A DNA stretch of 64,000 nt from Eledone cirrhosa (Eukaryota). Shown here piece by piece: positions 28,401 to 40,739 of the stretch (positions are counted from its first letter, which is position 1; every line of letters begins with the position of its first letter). The notes below the pieces were generated by a model, which made no database searches, was not told where the DNA came from, and was given only the letters and a program-made list of their open reading frames with translations. The position numbers were made by a program, and so were the translations under genes. The DNA lies in NCBI GenBank assembly GCA_964016885.1, contig OZ024743.1, positions 103,850,001 through 103,914,000 on the forward strand, read 5' to 3'.

Positions 28401-30251
28401 TATCAAGGTTGACCACTCCGGTCACCAACTTGATCCGAATAGTCAACCATGAACATTCGTGGACAGCTTAATATGTCCCTATCCTTATTTCTAACTAGGA
28501 ACCTATCTAGGTACGACCTAGATGTTCCGCTGAGATTACTCCACGTCCACCGTGGCACAGTCGGAAAATCTAGTCGATATCTATCGGCCAGATCAAATCG
28601 GCTGATTAATCGTTTGAGGCTGTTACACCCCCCCCCTCTATCGGGACATGCCCCTACATAGTCCCAACGTGCATCCAGGATACCATTCCAGTCCCCCACT
28701 AAAAGCAAGGAGCGAGACGTTCCCAGGAAATTCTCCAGGCGTCGGAAGAAGTCCGGTCGCGGTGTCCCAGATGGAGCATACGCTGCCACCAGCCTGAAAG
28801 CTCCACCTTCACCACTGCCGACGTCTAAAACCACCAGTCGACCCTCCGGGTCCAGGTGTACCTTCTGTGTGGCAAGACCCAGGTATTTTCGCAGCAGAAC
28901 GACAACCCCACCCCCACCCCTCGGCTGACAGAGAGATGCGTAGATCTCAAAGTCGTCGAAGATGGGGGCCAGTTGGCGCTCGCTGCTGATCCTGGACTCG
29001 CAAATAACCATTACATCCACTCTGTACGACCTGAGGTCATTTAAGAGTTTGCCCTGTTTCCAGGACATCCCCAAGCCGCGTGCATTCACACATCCAACTC
29101 TTATATTGGCCATGTTGGTGCTGAAGAGTTAAAAAGGAAGAGGAAAAGAAATTACTTACCTCTTCGTCTCCTGGGGACCAGGCTGCACAATTTCCATGGG
29201 GGTGTTGGAAGGGTTGTTTGGTGGGGTGGTGGTTTGTGGTGGGGTGAGGACATCAGTATGTGGTGGGATTAGGGTGTTTGGTGGGGTGTGGGTGTCTGGT
29301 GTGGGGGTGGGGAAACATCTCAATAGGACGCTGTTATGTGGTTTGGTGCAATTGGTCCCCACATGCATTGGATGGTTCTTTTTCAAAGTTACATAGGTTT
29401 CCGTTGGGACCCTAATCATCATTAGGTGCCGTTTGTTCGCTGCGTAGGTGAAAGTGATCCCTTCGGTTTCCACTGAAGGGTTATTTTCTATCGCTTTCAT
29501 CAACGTTTTATTGTTCTTGTTAATGTATGTATAGAGTTTTTGTTGTGTTGTGTTTGTTTTTGTTTGTTGTTCTTGTGCGTGTTTGCGTTTTGTAGTATGT
29601 GTTATGTTTTGGGGAGGGGTGAGGTTTTTGTTTGTGATGTTTGTTCTGTTTGTGCTGGTGGTTGTGTGTTTGTAGCTTTTTTTTTAATGTGGTGCCTTTT
29701 TTTTTTTTATTTCACCTGTTGAAAGGGTTCTCCCTCGTCGTCACTGGGTGACGTTGATACGGAGTCCTCTTCCGTGTTGTTGGGAGGGGTATATTTTGGG
29801 GTTTTGTTGTGGTTGCTTTTGTATTTGTTTTAGGTGGGGAGGGGTTGGGTGGAACAGTGTTTTGTGTTGTTATTTTTCCGTGTTGTTGTGGTATTATTTA
29901 CCGAGTTTGGTTGCGTGGTTTCAATATTTTCAACGTTTTTCGATAATGCGAGGGGGGAAGGCTGCAAGCTTTGTACTCCTACCTTCCCTCCACCACTTTT
30001 CTTAGTGGGCGTGGCACTCACGACAGTGTGCGAGGTGGAAATGGCATCCATTGCTGATACCAAGTGTACACAGTTTTGAGATGAAAATGAAAATTTCGCC
30101 CCAGAAAGGGGCGAAAATTAGTTGACTCAACGTCTGAAGGCCCAGGCAAGGGGTTAAACTAAACAATGCTATTAAATTGAAAAATGAACTCACAGTTTTT
30201 TATACAATAATCCGTAAAAGTCCGGAGCGAAGTAATTCACGTCTATATCAA
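25491..30251 (-). mobile_element. Full-length Tx1/L1-clade non-LTR retrotransposon, frameshifted
   Basis: ORF2 pieces: APE endonuclease (NARGL, GDWN, YLDRF; 28403-29113), RT (KSPGLDG, DQSKAFD, IRQGCPLS, YADD; 26525-27946) and zf-RVT (CPRC..ETVAHAFVHC; 25731-26543). Decayed ORF1 at about 29150-30060. AATAAA at the 3' end. 15-bp TSD GTGGTAATTGATATA (25476-25490 / 30252-30266). Confidence 0.92.
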
Positions 30252-30495
30252 GTGGTAATTGATATAGAGAGGGGGGTTGGAAGAGAGTTCCGTGAGGTAG
30301 ATATACAGAGGGGGACAGTTTGGTGTTAATTGATGTAGAGAGGTATTGTGTAGTAGATATAGAGAGGGGGGAGCTTGTTACTCTGGAGTTTCACCTGTGT
30401 ACTTACAGAAAAATCAGACATGACTGGTGAACCTGTGAGTGTGCAGGTGAAACTTTAGATTAACACAGCTCAATAATATCCATAATAAATCAATG

Positions 30496-30541
<46 letters not shown>

Positions 30542-30574
30542 CAAATAACAAATAATATCCATAATAAATCAATG

Positions 30575-30614
<40 letters not shown>

Positions 30615-30733
30615 CAAATAACGAAACGTAAAGTGACCAGTGAAAAAACTTGGTACATCTACATATGTATACGTGTGTGTATTCATATACATACTAGTAT
30701 TTCAGTATACATATATGGATGTACATCTTTAAC

Positions 30734-30778
<45 letters not shown>

Positions 30779-31574
30779 TAACACTTTAAAGCTTAAGCAA
30801 AGAATCGCTGCTTTCACCCTTAACGGGATCTTCTGAAACTAAAAAAATCAATCTGTGAACGCAGAAGTAAATATTTCAAAAAACGTTGCAACCGAAGGAA
30901 AACGGGAAGACGATACTTTGGTTCGTGAAGACGTTCCTTCCCAATGAACGGAAAAAAGCGAAGATAATACGTCGTTATGTGGAGAGAGAAGAACAATTAC
31001 ACTCAAAGACAAAGGCATGTTTATGGTATAAATGGAGTCGTAGACTAATATTCTATTTAGGAAACCGAATGATTCTCGGCTTCGGAGTTAAGAATAAAGT
31101 AAATAAATTCGTAGAACGAAAATGACAGAGGTTATTAAAATCATAAAAGTAATAATAATTAAATATATACATACACACATCTATATACGTACGTACACAT
31201 ACGCGAAAACACCCGCCATGCATGCCTATACATGCACGTACACATAAACACGCGCACACGTACATAAACCCGCGCGACACATGTACCCGCACACATACGA
31301 ACGTATACACTAAATACACATAAAAAATATATATATGTGTGTGTATACATATAATTATATAAACGTATATAAATATACTCATAAATACGTATATAACGCA
31401 CGCACACACATACCTACAGGTAAATACACATATGTTCACCAAACGTACATATACCAAAACACAATGTACACATATACACACCTTACATACGTGCAAACAC
31501 GCATACACGCATACACACGCAAACACAAAATACCCATATACACATAACCATATACACATATACCAGTATATATA

Positions 31575-31760
31575 ATTGTTTCTACTTTTGGCACAAGGCC
31601 AGCAATTATCCAATACATTACTGGTACTTTATTTTATCGACCCCGTAAGGATGAGAGGCAAAGTTGACCTCGGCGGGATTTGAACTTAGAATAGAAAGGG
31701 CTGTAACTCTATGCGTCAAAGTATGACGTCCGACCCTCTACCGATACTGCCAATCCACCA
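31575..31760 (-). mobile_element. SINE family A, full length
   Basis: Same sequence family as 9249 and 10172. Confidence 0.9.
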
Positions 31761-31763
31761 ATA

Positions 31764-32870
31764 CTAGCAGTGTATCCCGGCGTTGCACGGGTAAGAACAT
31801 TGGTAATAGCACCTCCAATGAGAAACGTTTATTTGTGAGTGCCTGTTAAAAACTCACGAAAATATACCGACAGGAAACTTGTTTTACTTGGAGAAAATTA
31901 AGAAGTTGAAAGTACAGTTTAGCTGTCTACGTGCATTATTCATAGAAATATTGTTGAGCTCCTTCTTTTCATACTCCTCTGTTTTGGCCTTTTGGAGTAA
32001 ATGTGAAAGAGAAAGTCACAGGTTAAGTTGGCAGAAGGTTCCAGTGCAATAGCAGTAATGCGTAGGCTACTTACCTCAAAAGTTCATTCGCACTCTTTCC
32101 ACTAAGTTACTCTTTCTCTCTACCCCTCTCGGTGCAGTCCCTTGCGAATTTCTCACGTAGGCCTGGTGTAGATTTGCACCCGATCCATCTTCCCGATGCA
32201 CATATCCGCTTTGTACGGCTTTTGGAGGAAGGTGTAGCAGAGAATTCCGCGTGAACTAACAGCTCGGGAGGAATCTGCTTAACTCGAAGATTCATTTGCC
32301 ATCGTTGGTATTTGTTGGTCTACAGTTAGATGAAGGTGCACAAAGGGTTAATATTTATTAGCAAGACGTGCAACTGGGCTGGCTTGCCTCGCTTATATTA
32401 TATATTAAAATAACAGATTAAAGTTTAAGCAAAGAATCGCTGCTTTCACCCTTAACGGGATCTTCTGAATCTAAAAAAATCAATCTGTGAACGCAGAAGT
32501 AAATATTTCGAAAAACGTTGCAACCGAAGGAAAACAGGAAGACGATACTTTGGTTCGTGAAGACGTTCCCTGGCAATGAACGGAAAATAGCGAACATAAT
32601 ACGTCATCAATGTTAGTCAGAATGTCGTAATGCAGACCGCCAGGCATACAGACAGATATTATAAGGGCACGACGGAGATGGATATCCGACGCCTAACAAC
32701 CCTTTAACAACAGAAAATTGAAAAATAAAAGCTACAGTTAATATCTTTAGACCGCAATGAATATATAATGCAAGTTTGAAGTCAATCGGAGTAGAAATGT
32801 GGATTTGTATAGACTTTGCAAAAATGATGACACACACACAGACAACTACAGTTTTATATATATGTATAGA
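31764..32870 (-). mobile_element. Non-autonomous Helitron, intact termini
   Basis: On + it reads A|CTAG-CAGTGTAT-CCCGGCGTTGCACGGG...GTTTTATATATATGTATAGA|T, giving 5'-TC, a 3' hairpin-CTAG and an A/T insertion site with no TSD. Confidence 0.88.
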
Positions 32871-33418
32871 TAAAATATACACCTATAACAAATACAAGCA
32901 TATATACGTACGAGAAAGTATACGTACCTCGCCAAAACATACGGGTAAGGTATACTTACCTATACAAATAAGTAATGGTATAAACATAAACTATACATAG
33001 CTACCACATCAAGACGTAAGTTATCCGCGTATCGGTTTCCTAAATAGAATATTAGTCTACGACTTCATTTATACCATAAACGTGGTTTTGTCTTTGCGTG
33101 TAATTGTTCTCATCGCCCACATAATGACGTATTATCTCCGCTATTTTCCGTTCATTGCCAGGGAACGTCTTCACGAACCAAAGTATCGTCTTCCTCTTTT
33201 CCTTCGGTTGCAACGTTTTTCGAAATATTTATTTCTGCGTTCACATATTTGATTTTTTTTGGTTTCAGAAGATCCCGTTAAGGGTGAAAGTAGCGATTCT
33301 TTGCTTAAACTTTAATCTATTATCTTAATAAATATTTGCTCTAGGGTTCTTATATATTTGATATATATTTATCCTTTTCGAGCCCTCTTTGGATTTTAGT
33401 CTTCACATTTATTAATAT

Positions 33419-33489
<71 letters not shown>

Positions 33490-33491
33490 AC

Positions 33492-33522
<31 letters not shown>

Positions 33523-33576
33523 ATTATTATTATTATTACTATATATATATATATATATTATTATTATTATTATTAT

Positions 33577-33634
<58 letters not shown>

Positions 33635-33679
33635 AAAAAATGAAATTTCATTTCTCACTCTTATTACAGCTGATACTTA

Positions 33680-34193
33680 AATATAAGTGTGTATACGTAC
33701 ATACATATATGTATACAGACGTACAGTAGTATGTATATACATACATACATGCACACATATATATATGTACGTATGGGTTTACCGAACATTTATTATAATG
33801 TTAGGTTTGTTTGTAAACAAACAGTCCCAATTAAGCCATACAGTGTTCCTCAACCATCGTTGCTTGATATGCAAATTAGGCTGCTCAGCCGTTAATATGG
33901 ATAAGGAAAGTATATACTTTCAAACGTTCAATCATCTGACAGGAAGGTATACGGTGTGATGACAGCTAATAAGCTAGAAACTAGTTCATCGTTCCTTTGT
34001 CAGTGTTGAACAAAAGGGCAACGATGGTTACTGAACACTGTACGGCTTAATTCGGGCTGTTTGTTTACAAACAAACCGAACCTTATAATAAATGTTCGGT
34101 AAACCCATACGTACATATATATATGTGTGCATGTATGTATGTATATACATACTACTGTACGTCTGTATACATATATGTATGTATGTATACATA

Positions 34194-34200
<7 letters not shown>
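33680..34200. repeat. Fold-back/MITE-like element with ~185-bp inverted arms
   Basis: 33680-33863 is the reverse complement of 34018-34200, with a spacer of about 155 bp. Confidence 0.85.
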
Positions 34201-34267
<67 letters not shown>

Positions 34268-34270
<3 letters not shown>

Positions 34271-34942
34271 CGTTTCTGAATTTGTTTAGCAAGATTCTTT
34301 ATCTGAAATCGTGTGTTGAAACCGATATTGTTATACTTTGGGAGGGTCATGTTGCCAATAAGAAACACACGCACCAGTTGCTTTCACTTCAATTTATTAT
34401 AATAAATTTATAATAAATTTATAAATTTATAAATTTATAAATTTCTGGTTGGTTGGTTGGTTCCACAACCAGATAGTTGTTTATATATTGTCATAGTTCT
34501 TTCGTCACACACTCTGTGACCTCTTCAGTGACTGGGGATTCCTTTCTTTGTTTCTGTGCCTCTCCTTTGTTCTGTCCTACGCCATTTTGTTTCTGTGTGT
34601 GTGTTGTGTGTTCAGTCTGCGCATGCGCCACATCCGGGTGTCTGTGTGTGTTTATGTTCATTTATTTATTTATTTATTTACGCCCGGATGTGGAGCATGC
34701 GCAGACTGAGCACACAACACACACACAGAAACAAAATGGCGTAGGACAGAACAAAGGAGAGGCACAGAAACAAAGAAAGGATTCCCCAGTCACTGAAGAG
34801 GTCACAGAGTGTGTGACGAAAGAACTATGACAATATATAAACAACTATCTGGTTGTGGAACCAACCAACCAACCAGAAATTTATAAATTTATAAATTTAT
34901 TATAAATTTATTATAATAAATTGAAGTGAAAGCAACTGGTGC

Positions 34943-34980
<38 letters not shown>

Positions 34981-37168
34981 ATACTTTGGGAGGGTCATGT
35001 TGCCAATAAGAAACACACGCACCAGTTGCTTTCATTCCAATTTATTATAAATTAAATTGATAAATTTAAGAAATTTGTAAATTTCCAGTTGGTTGGTTGG
35101 TTCCACAACCGGACGGTTGTTCATATATTGTCAAAGTTCTTTCGTCACACATTCTGTGACCGCTTCAGTGACTGGAGATTCTTTCCTTTGTTTTGTGCCT
35201 CTCCTTTGTTCTGTCCTACGCCATCTTGTTTTTGTGTGTGTTATGTGCTTAGTTTGCGCATGTGTTACATCCGGGTGTCTGTGTGTGTTTTTATTTGTTT
35301 ATTTATTTGTTTATTTACATGTTACTAGTTGGTTGTTTGTTCTATGTGTGTGTGTTTTCATTTTGTCCTTAATTGTAAGTTTTGATGTTGCTATTCCATT
35401 CATGTTTTCTATTTAATTTTGGTTGGAGTTCATTTATGTTTATTGCCTGTGTGATTTGTCTAAACATTGTGTCTTTTCTGTGTGTAGATTTTATTTTTAT
35501 ATCTATGTTCTCTAATTTGCCCTTATGTTCTATTTTAGCATGCTGGTGGAGTACTGATGATTATTTTCTAGGTTGAAGCTCTAGCCAGTGTTCATTTAAT
35601 CGTTCTCCTATACTACGAGTTGTCTCACCTATGTACACTATATTCTTATCTTTACAATGTCCCTCAGTACATCTTATGCTATATACTATGTTTCTAGTTT
35701 TGCAGTTAATAGGGGGCTTAGTTTACAGATTATGCATTTCTTATCTATACAGGGAGGTCTTTGAAAAGGGTATGTATTACTAATAAGTGTTTTTATGGAG
35801 GTACCTGGTCTTTCTACTATCTTAATATTTAGTTTAAGTTTATCTAGGGCCCTTCTAAATTTGTAAGCTAGTTCGCCTCTAGGGGTTGTATTGATGAACA
35901 TTACACTCTGGTATTTATTGCTATCATACCATGAGTTTATTCTATTAACCTTATTTCTAGTTCTTTCTATTCTATTCCAAAATTTGCTCCTATACAACGG
36001 ACAGGTCCCATTTGTATCATTATTTACCATTTTTTCCCATTTGGTTCTGGCTCCTCTATATACTCTGATTTTATCTCTCTGATTGTAACCAGAGCACTGC
36101 ATACGGTGGATCAAGTGTTATATGTGTCACTCTAGTTCTTTGGGGTTACACATGCGGGACACGTTCCTCATCACCCGTACTAAATCCGCAGTTAGTATGT
36201 TGATTTTGGTGTGATCCGAAACAGCTGAGTTTCGATGGATCAGATATTTTATAAACTTAAACTAAATATTAAGATAGTGGAAAGACCAGGCAGCTCCATA
36301 AAAACACTTATTAGTAATACATACCCTTTTCAAAGACCTCCCTGTATAGATAAGAAATGCATAATCTGTAAACTAAGCCCTCTATTAACTGCAAAACTAG
36401 AAACATAGTATATAGCATAAGATGTACTGAGGGACAATGTAAAGATAAGAATATAGTGTACATAGGTGAGACAGCTCGTAGTATAGGAGAACGATTAAAT
36501 GAACACTGGCTAGAGGTTCAACATAGAAAATAATCGTCAGTACTCCACCAACATGCTAAAATAGAACATAAGGGCAAATTAGAGAACATAGAAATAAAAA
36601 TAAAATCTACACACAGAAAAGACGCAATGTTTAGACAAATCACAGAGGCAATAAACATAAATGAACTCCAACCAAAATTAAATAGAAAATATGAATGGAA
36701 TAGCAACATCACAACTTACAATTAAGGACAAAATGAAAACACACACACATAGAACAAACAACCAACTAGTAACATGTAGATAAACAAATAAATAAACAAA
36801 TAAAAACACAGACAGACACCCGGATGTAACACATGCGCAAACTAAGCACACAACACACAAAAACAAGATGGCGTAGGACAGAACAAAGGAGAGGCACAAA
36901 ACAAAGAAAAGAATGTCCAGTCACTGAAGAGGTCACAGAATGTGTGATGAAAGAACTTTGACAATATATGAACAACCGTCCGGTTGTGGAACCAACCAAC
37001 CGGAAATTTACAAATTTCTTAAATTTATCAAATTAATTTATAATAAATTGGAGTGAAAGCAACTGGTGCGTGTGTTTCTTATTGGCAACATGACCCTCCC
37101 AAAGCATAACAATGTCGGTTTCAACACACGTTTTCAGATAAAGACTCTTGCTAAACAAATTCAGAAAC
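34268..37168. mobile_element. Penelope-like element with nested inverted pLTR/GIY-YIG copies
   Basis: RT C-terminus and GIY-YIG on minus (35400-36250). Inverted copy on plus (36253-37168: NIVYSIRC...VYIGETARSIGERLNEH...RQITEAINI...LNRK). Further pLTR copies at 34268-34640 (-) and 34682-34948 (+). Confidence 0.9.
34789..34831 (+). ncRNA. Minimal hammerhead ribozyme motif in the pLTR (mirror copy at 34490-34532, minus)
   Basis: GTCA-CTGAAGA-G-GTCAC-AGAGTGT-GTGAC-GAAAG-AA-CTA-TGAC. Decayed copies at about 35130-35172 (-) and 36919-36962 (+). Confidence 0.6.
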
Positions 37169-37182
37169 GATATATATATATA

Positions 37183-37256
<74 letters not shown>

Positions 37257-37374
37257 CGAGAAGGACCCCGACGGCTGAGCTCAAGCCGTTTCGACGGCTA
37301 ATTCAGGACGCGTTATGGTCCACCTGGTTCCTTACCACATTTCCCTCGTTATATATATATATATATATATATAT

Positions 37375-37882
37375 AGAATAGGGAAAAGCGAAGTAGTTTC
37401 AGATGTTCAAGTTCTTTAATAATAATACTGTGATATATATTTCAATGGCGACAGTGGCCACACTGTTCCGTGCGCCAGTGCCGCGACATCGTCAGACAGC
37501 TTGTTACATAATAAGGTTATGTTTCGGACTGAATAGGTCATTGTTTGGTTGAGAGGGGGAATTGCCTAGGCGAATTTCGTTGAACTCTGCGGTAGCTAAT
37601 GGTCAACTTCCTTCGGACCGGCGCCTGCGCAGACCGGTGGGGGTAAATTGGTACCCACAAGGGAACGGACGAAGAACTCGAGAGCACACACTTCGTCCGT
37701 TCCCATGTCGATTCAATTTGGATTGCCTCGTAAACATAACCTTATTATGTAACAAGCTGTCTGACGATGTCGCGGCACTGGCGCACGGAACAGTGTGACC
37801 ACTGTCGCCATTGAAATATGTATCACAGCATTATTATTAAAGAAATTGAATACCTGAAACTACTTCGCTTTCCCTTATTCGA
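37375..37882. repeat. Fold-back with ~150-bp inverted arms, each containing a hammerhead-like motif
   Basis: 37375-37524 is the reverse complement of 37732-37882. The arm contains CTGACGA...GGAA-CAGTG-TG(A/G)C-CACTG-TC. Confidence 0.85.
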
Positions 37883-37959
37883 TATTTACTCCGTCACTCC
37901 TATGCGGAATAAGTATGTTGAGTGCTTGAATTGAATTGCATCAATATTTACCTTAAGTA

Positions 37960-38012
<53 letters not shown>

Positions 38013-38071
38013 TGAATAAAATTGGTTTAGTACCAGTTTATTACCAAATGCGAAGAACCCTAACCCTAACC

Positions 38072-40390
38072 TTATATCAACTACACGGAACTCTCTTCCA
38101 ATCCCCCTCTCTGCATCAATTTACACCAAACTCTCCCACTTTCTATATCTATTACTCAGTACTCTCTTCCAATCCCCCTCTATATATCAATTAGCACAAA
38201 CTCTCCCCCTCTCTATATCTGCTACACGGAACTCTCTTCCAATACCCCTCTCTATATCAATGAACACCAAACTGTCCTCCTCTGTATATCTACTAGATGG
38301 AACTCTCTTCCAATTTAAGTTTAAGGCCTCCTTCAGTCAAGGCTGACCATGGGTAGTATCCTGTTGTCAGCTCGGCTGGAGCAGCATCTCCGGTGGCTAA
38401 ACAGACATATACGTGAGTGACAGTCTCTGTCACATAGAACACATCTGTATATGGTCTCTGGTCTGTTGGATTTATTGCGCTCCTTCGCCGGGCTCTCCTG
38501 TCAGCTGCTGTAGTCATCAAACTCTTCTATCTTGATTTGGGTGTTGATTCAGAGTGTTTCTTCATCTTGGCCGGTCAGCTGCGAAGCCCTCCCAGAACTC
38601 TGTGTTGATCTCAATGGACTTCATAACTCTCTTCACAATGTCCTTGTATCGCAGCCAAGGTCGACCGGTGGCTCTCTCTCTAGAGGCCATCTCCCCATTT
38701 AAGAAGTCTTTTGGGATACGGCCATCATTCATACGGTGGACGTGTCCTAGCCAGCGTAGTCTGCGCTGTCGGTGCAGGGTAAACATTCTGGGAAGGCCAG
38801 TACGAATAAGGACCTCGGCGCAGATGGAAGGTTTTGAGTCGCCTCTCCTGTCTGGCATATGGGGACCATGTCTCACTGCCATACAGCAGTGTGCCGATAA
38901 CACTAGACATGAGGAACGCGAAGATCATCACCCTCTACAAGAACAAGGGCGAAAGAAGCGACTGCAGAAGCTGGCAGAGCATGTGCACCCAGAATCACAG
39001 TGCGGCTTCCGAGCCAACTCCAGGAGAAGTGCAGGGAACAGAACATGCGCTGTATGTTTCTTTTATCGACCTCACCAAGGCGTTTGACCTGGTTAGTAGA
39101 GGCAGCCTCTTCAAGATCCTCCCAAAGATTGGGTGCCTACCGGGACTGCAGAGACTGGTCGAATCTTTCTATACCAACATGATGGGGACATTGCAGTTTA
39201 ACGGGAACACCTCGGAGCCATTCAGTATTCGAAGTGACGTAAAACAAGGATACGTCCTTGCGCCCACACTCTTTGGGATCTTCTTTCCTCTGCTCTTGAG
39301 GCACGCATTCGGCTCTGCAACAGAGGGGATCTTCCTAAATACCAGATCAGACGGCAGGCTGTTCAAACTCGCCCGCTTCAGAGCAAGGACAAAGGTACGT
39401 AAAACACTCATTAGAAACATGCTGTTTGCAGCAGTTGTGACGCACTCCCAGCAAGAACCCTAGATGCTGATGGACCGCTTCTCTCATGCCTGCAGGGATT
39501 TGGGATTGACCATCAGCCTTGAGAAGACAAACGTCTTAGGACAGGACAGAGAGGCACCACCGGTCATCAAAATCGATGACTATGAACACGATGTCATCCA
39601 TCAGTTCACCAAGCTCGGTTCAACGATCACTGACAACATCTCCTTGGACACAGAGTTCGACAGGAGGATTGGGAAGGCAGCCACAACATGTACTTGTCTC
39701 TTCCAATACCCCTCTCTATATCAATAAACATCAATCTCTCCCCCTCTCTTTATCTAATATACAACACACTCTGCCAACCCCTTTCACTATATCAATTACC
39801 ACCAAACTATCCACCTCTCTATATCTACCATACAACACTCTCTCTCATTCCCTCTCACTCTAACCATCACTACCAAACTCTCCCCCTCGCTATATTTATC
39901 AATACTTATCTCTATCAATCATCTCACTCTATTCATTACCACCAAACTCTCCCCCTCTCTACATCTATTACTCGGTAATCTCTTCCAATCCCCCTTTTTT
40001 ATCAATTAGCACAAAACTCTCGCCCTCTCTATATCTACCACACGGAACTCTCTTCCAATCCCCCTCTCTATATCAATAAACATCAATCTCTCCCCTCCCT
40101 ATATCTAATATACAACACCTTCTCTCAATCCCCCTCTTTATATTAATTACCACCAAACTCCCCCCTCTCTATATCTACCATACAACACTCTCTCTCATTC
40201 CCTCTCACTCTATCCATCACTACCAAACACTCCCCCTCTCTCTATATATAGCAATACCTACCTCTATCTATTCTCTCACTGTATTCATTACCACAAAACT
40301 CTCCCCCCTCACTACATCTATTACACGGAACTCTCTTCTAAACCCTTCTCTATATCAATTAATACCAAAGTCTCGCCCACTCTCTATTTG
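38072..40390. repeat. CT-rich satellite of ~30-bp sub-units (CTCTCTATATCAATTACCACCAAACT / CTATATCTAC.ACACGGAACTCTCTTCCAATCCCC)
   Basis: Arrays at 38072-38314 and 39697-40390. The same repeat on the opposite strand flanks the Tx1 element (25434-25490, 30252-30372). Confidence 0.88.
38315..39696. mobile_element. RTE-clade LINE fragment with 5' inversion
   Basis: Minus piece 38315-38905 (LLYGSETW, RLRWLGHVHRM, tail). Plus piece 38906-39690 (FIDLTKAFD, VKQGYVLAPTLF, FTKLGS). Flanked by TCTCTTCCAAT (38304-38314 / 39697-39707). Confidence 0.85.
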
Positions 40391-40739
40391 TTTTACATTA
40401 TACATATGTATATATATATATATTCTTACAGGGGCGGCGGAACTTAGGGGGGCAACGGGGCCTTACCCCCCCCCCCCCTTATATTTTCCTCCCCAAATTA
40501 TCAAAACACACATCTATTAGGATATGCGCTACAATTTGTGTACATGTTACCTTTATCGCATATCGAAGTTTCTGACCATTTTAGAGTGCAAAGAGCTAAA
40601 CTAATCACAACAACTAAATTGACCAAATCCACCCCACCCCACCCCACTTCCTCCAATTCAGAAATGCTTCCACTGCCCCTGACAAAAACACTCGGAATTA
40701 AACATATCAACTGCAAGTCAGAAATCATCTTCTGAGTTA

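Larger units (their letters stand above)
30771..33330. repeat. ~300-bp inverted repeat pair (30771-31068 / 33032-33330) with a third partial copy at 32403-32607
   Basis: AAGCAAAGAATCGCTGCTTTCACCCTTAACGGGATCTTCTG...TATTCTATTTAGGAAACCGA and its reverse complement. Confidence 0.88.

Noticed and set aside
26036-28661. Plus-strand ORFs over the Tx1 element
   Set aside because: Antisense shadows of a GC-rich ORF2.
37779-37796. TGGCGCACGGAACAG resembling a tRNA-Lys primer binding site
   Set aside because: Imperfect match, no LTR or gag/pol nearby, and better explained as part of the hammerhead-like arm.
38056-38071. (AACCCT)n telomere-like repeat
   Set aside because: Under three units, too short to call interstitial telomere.
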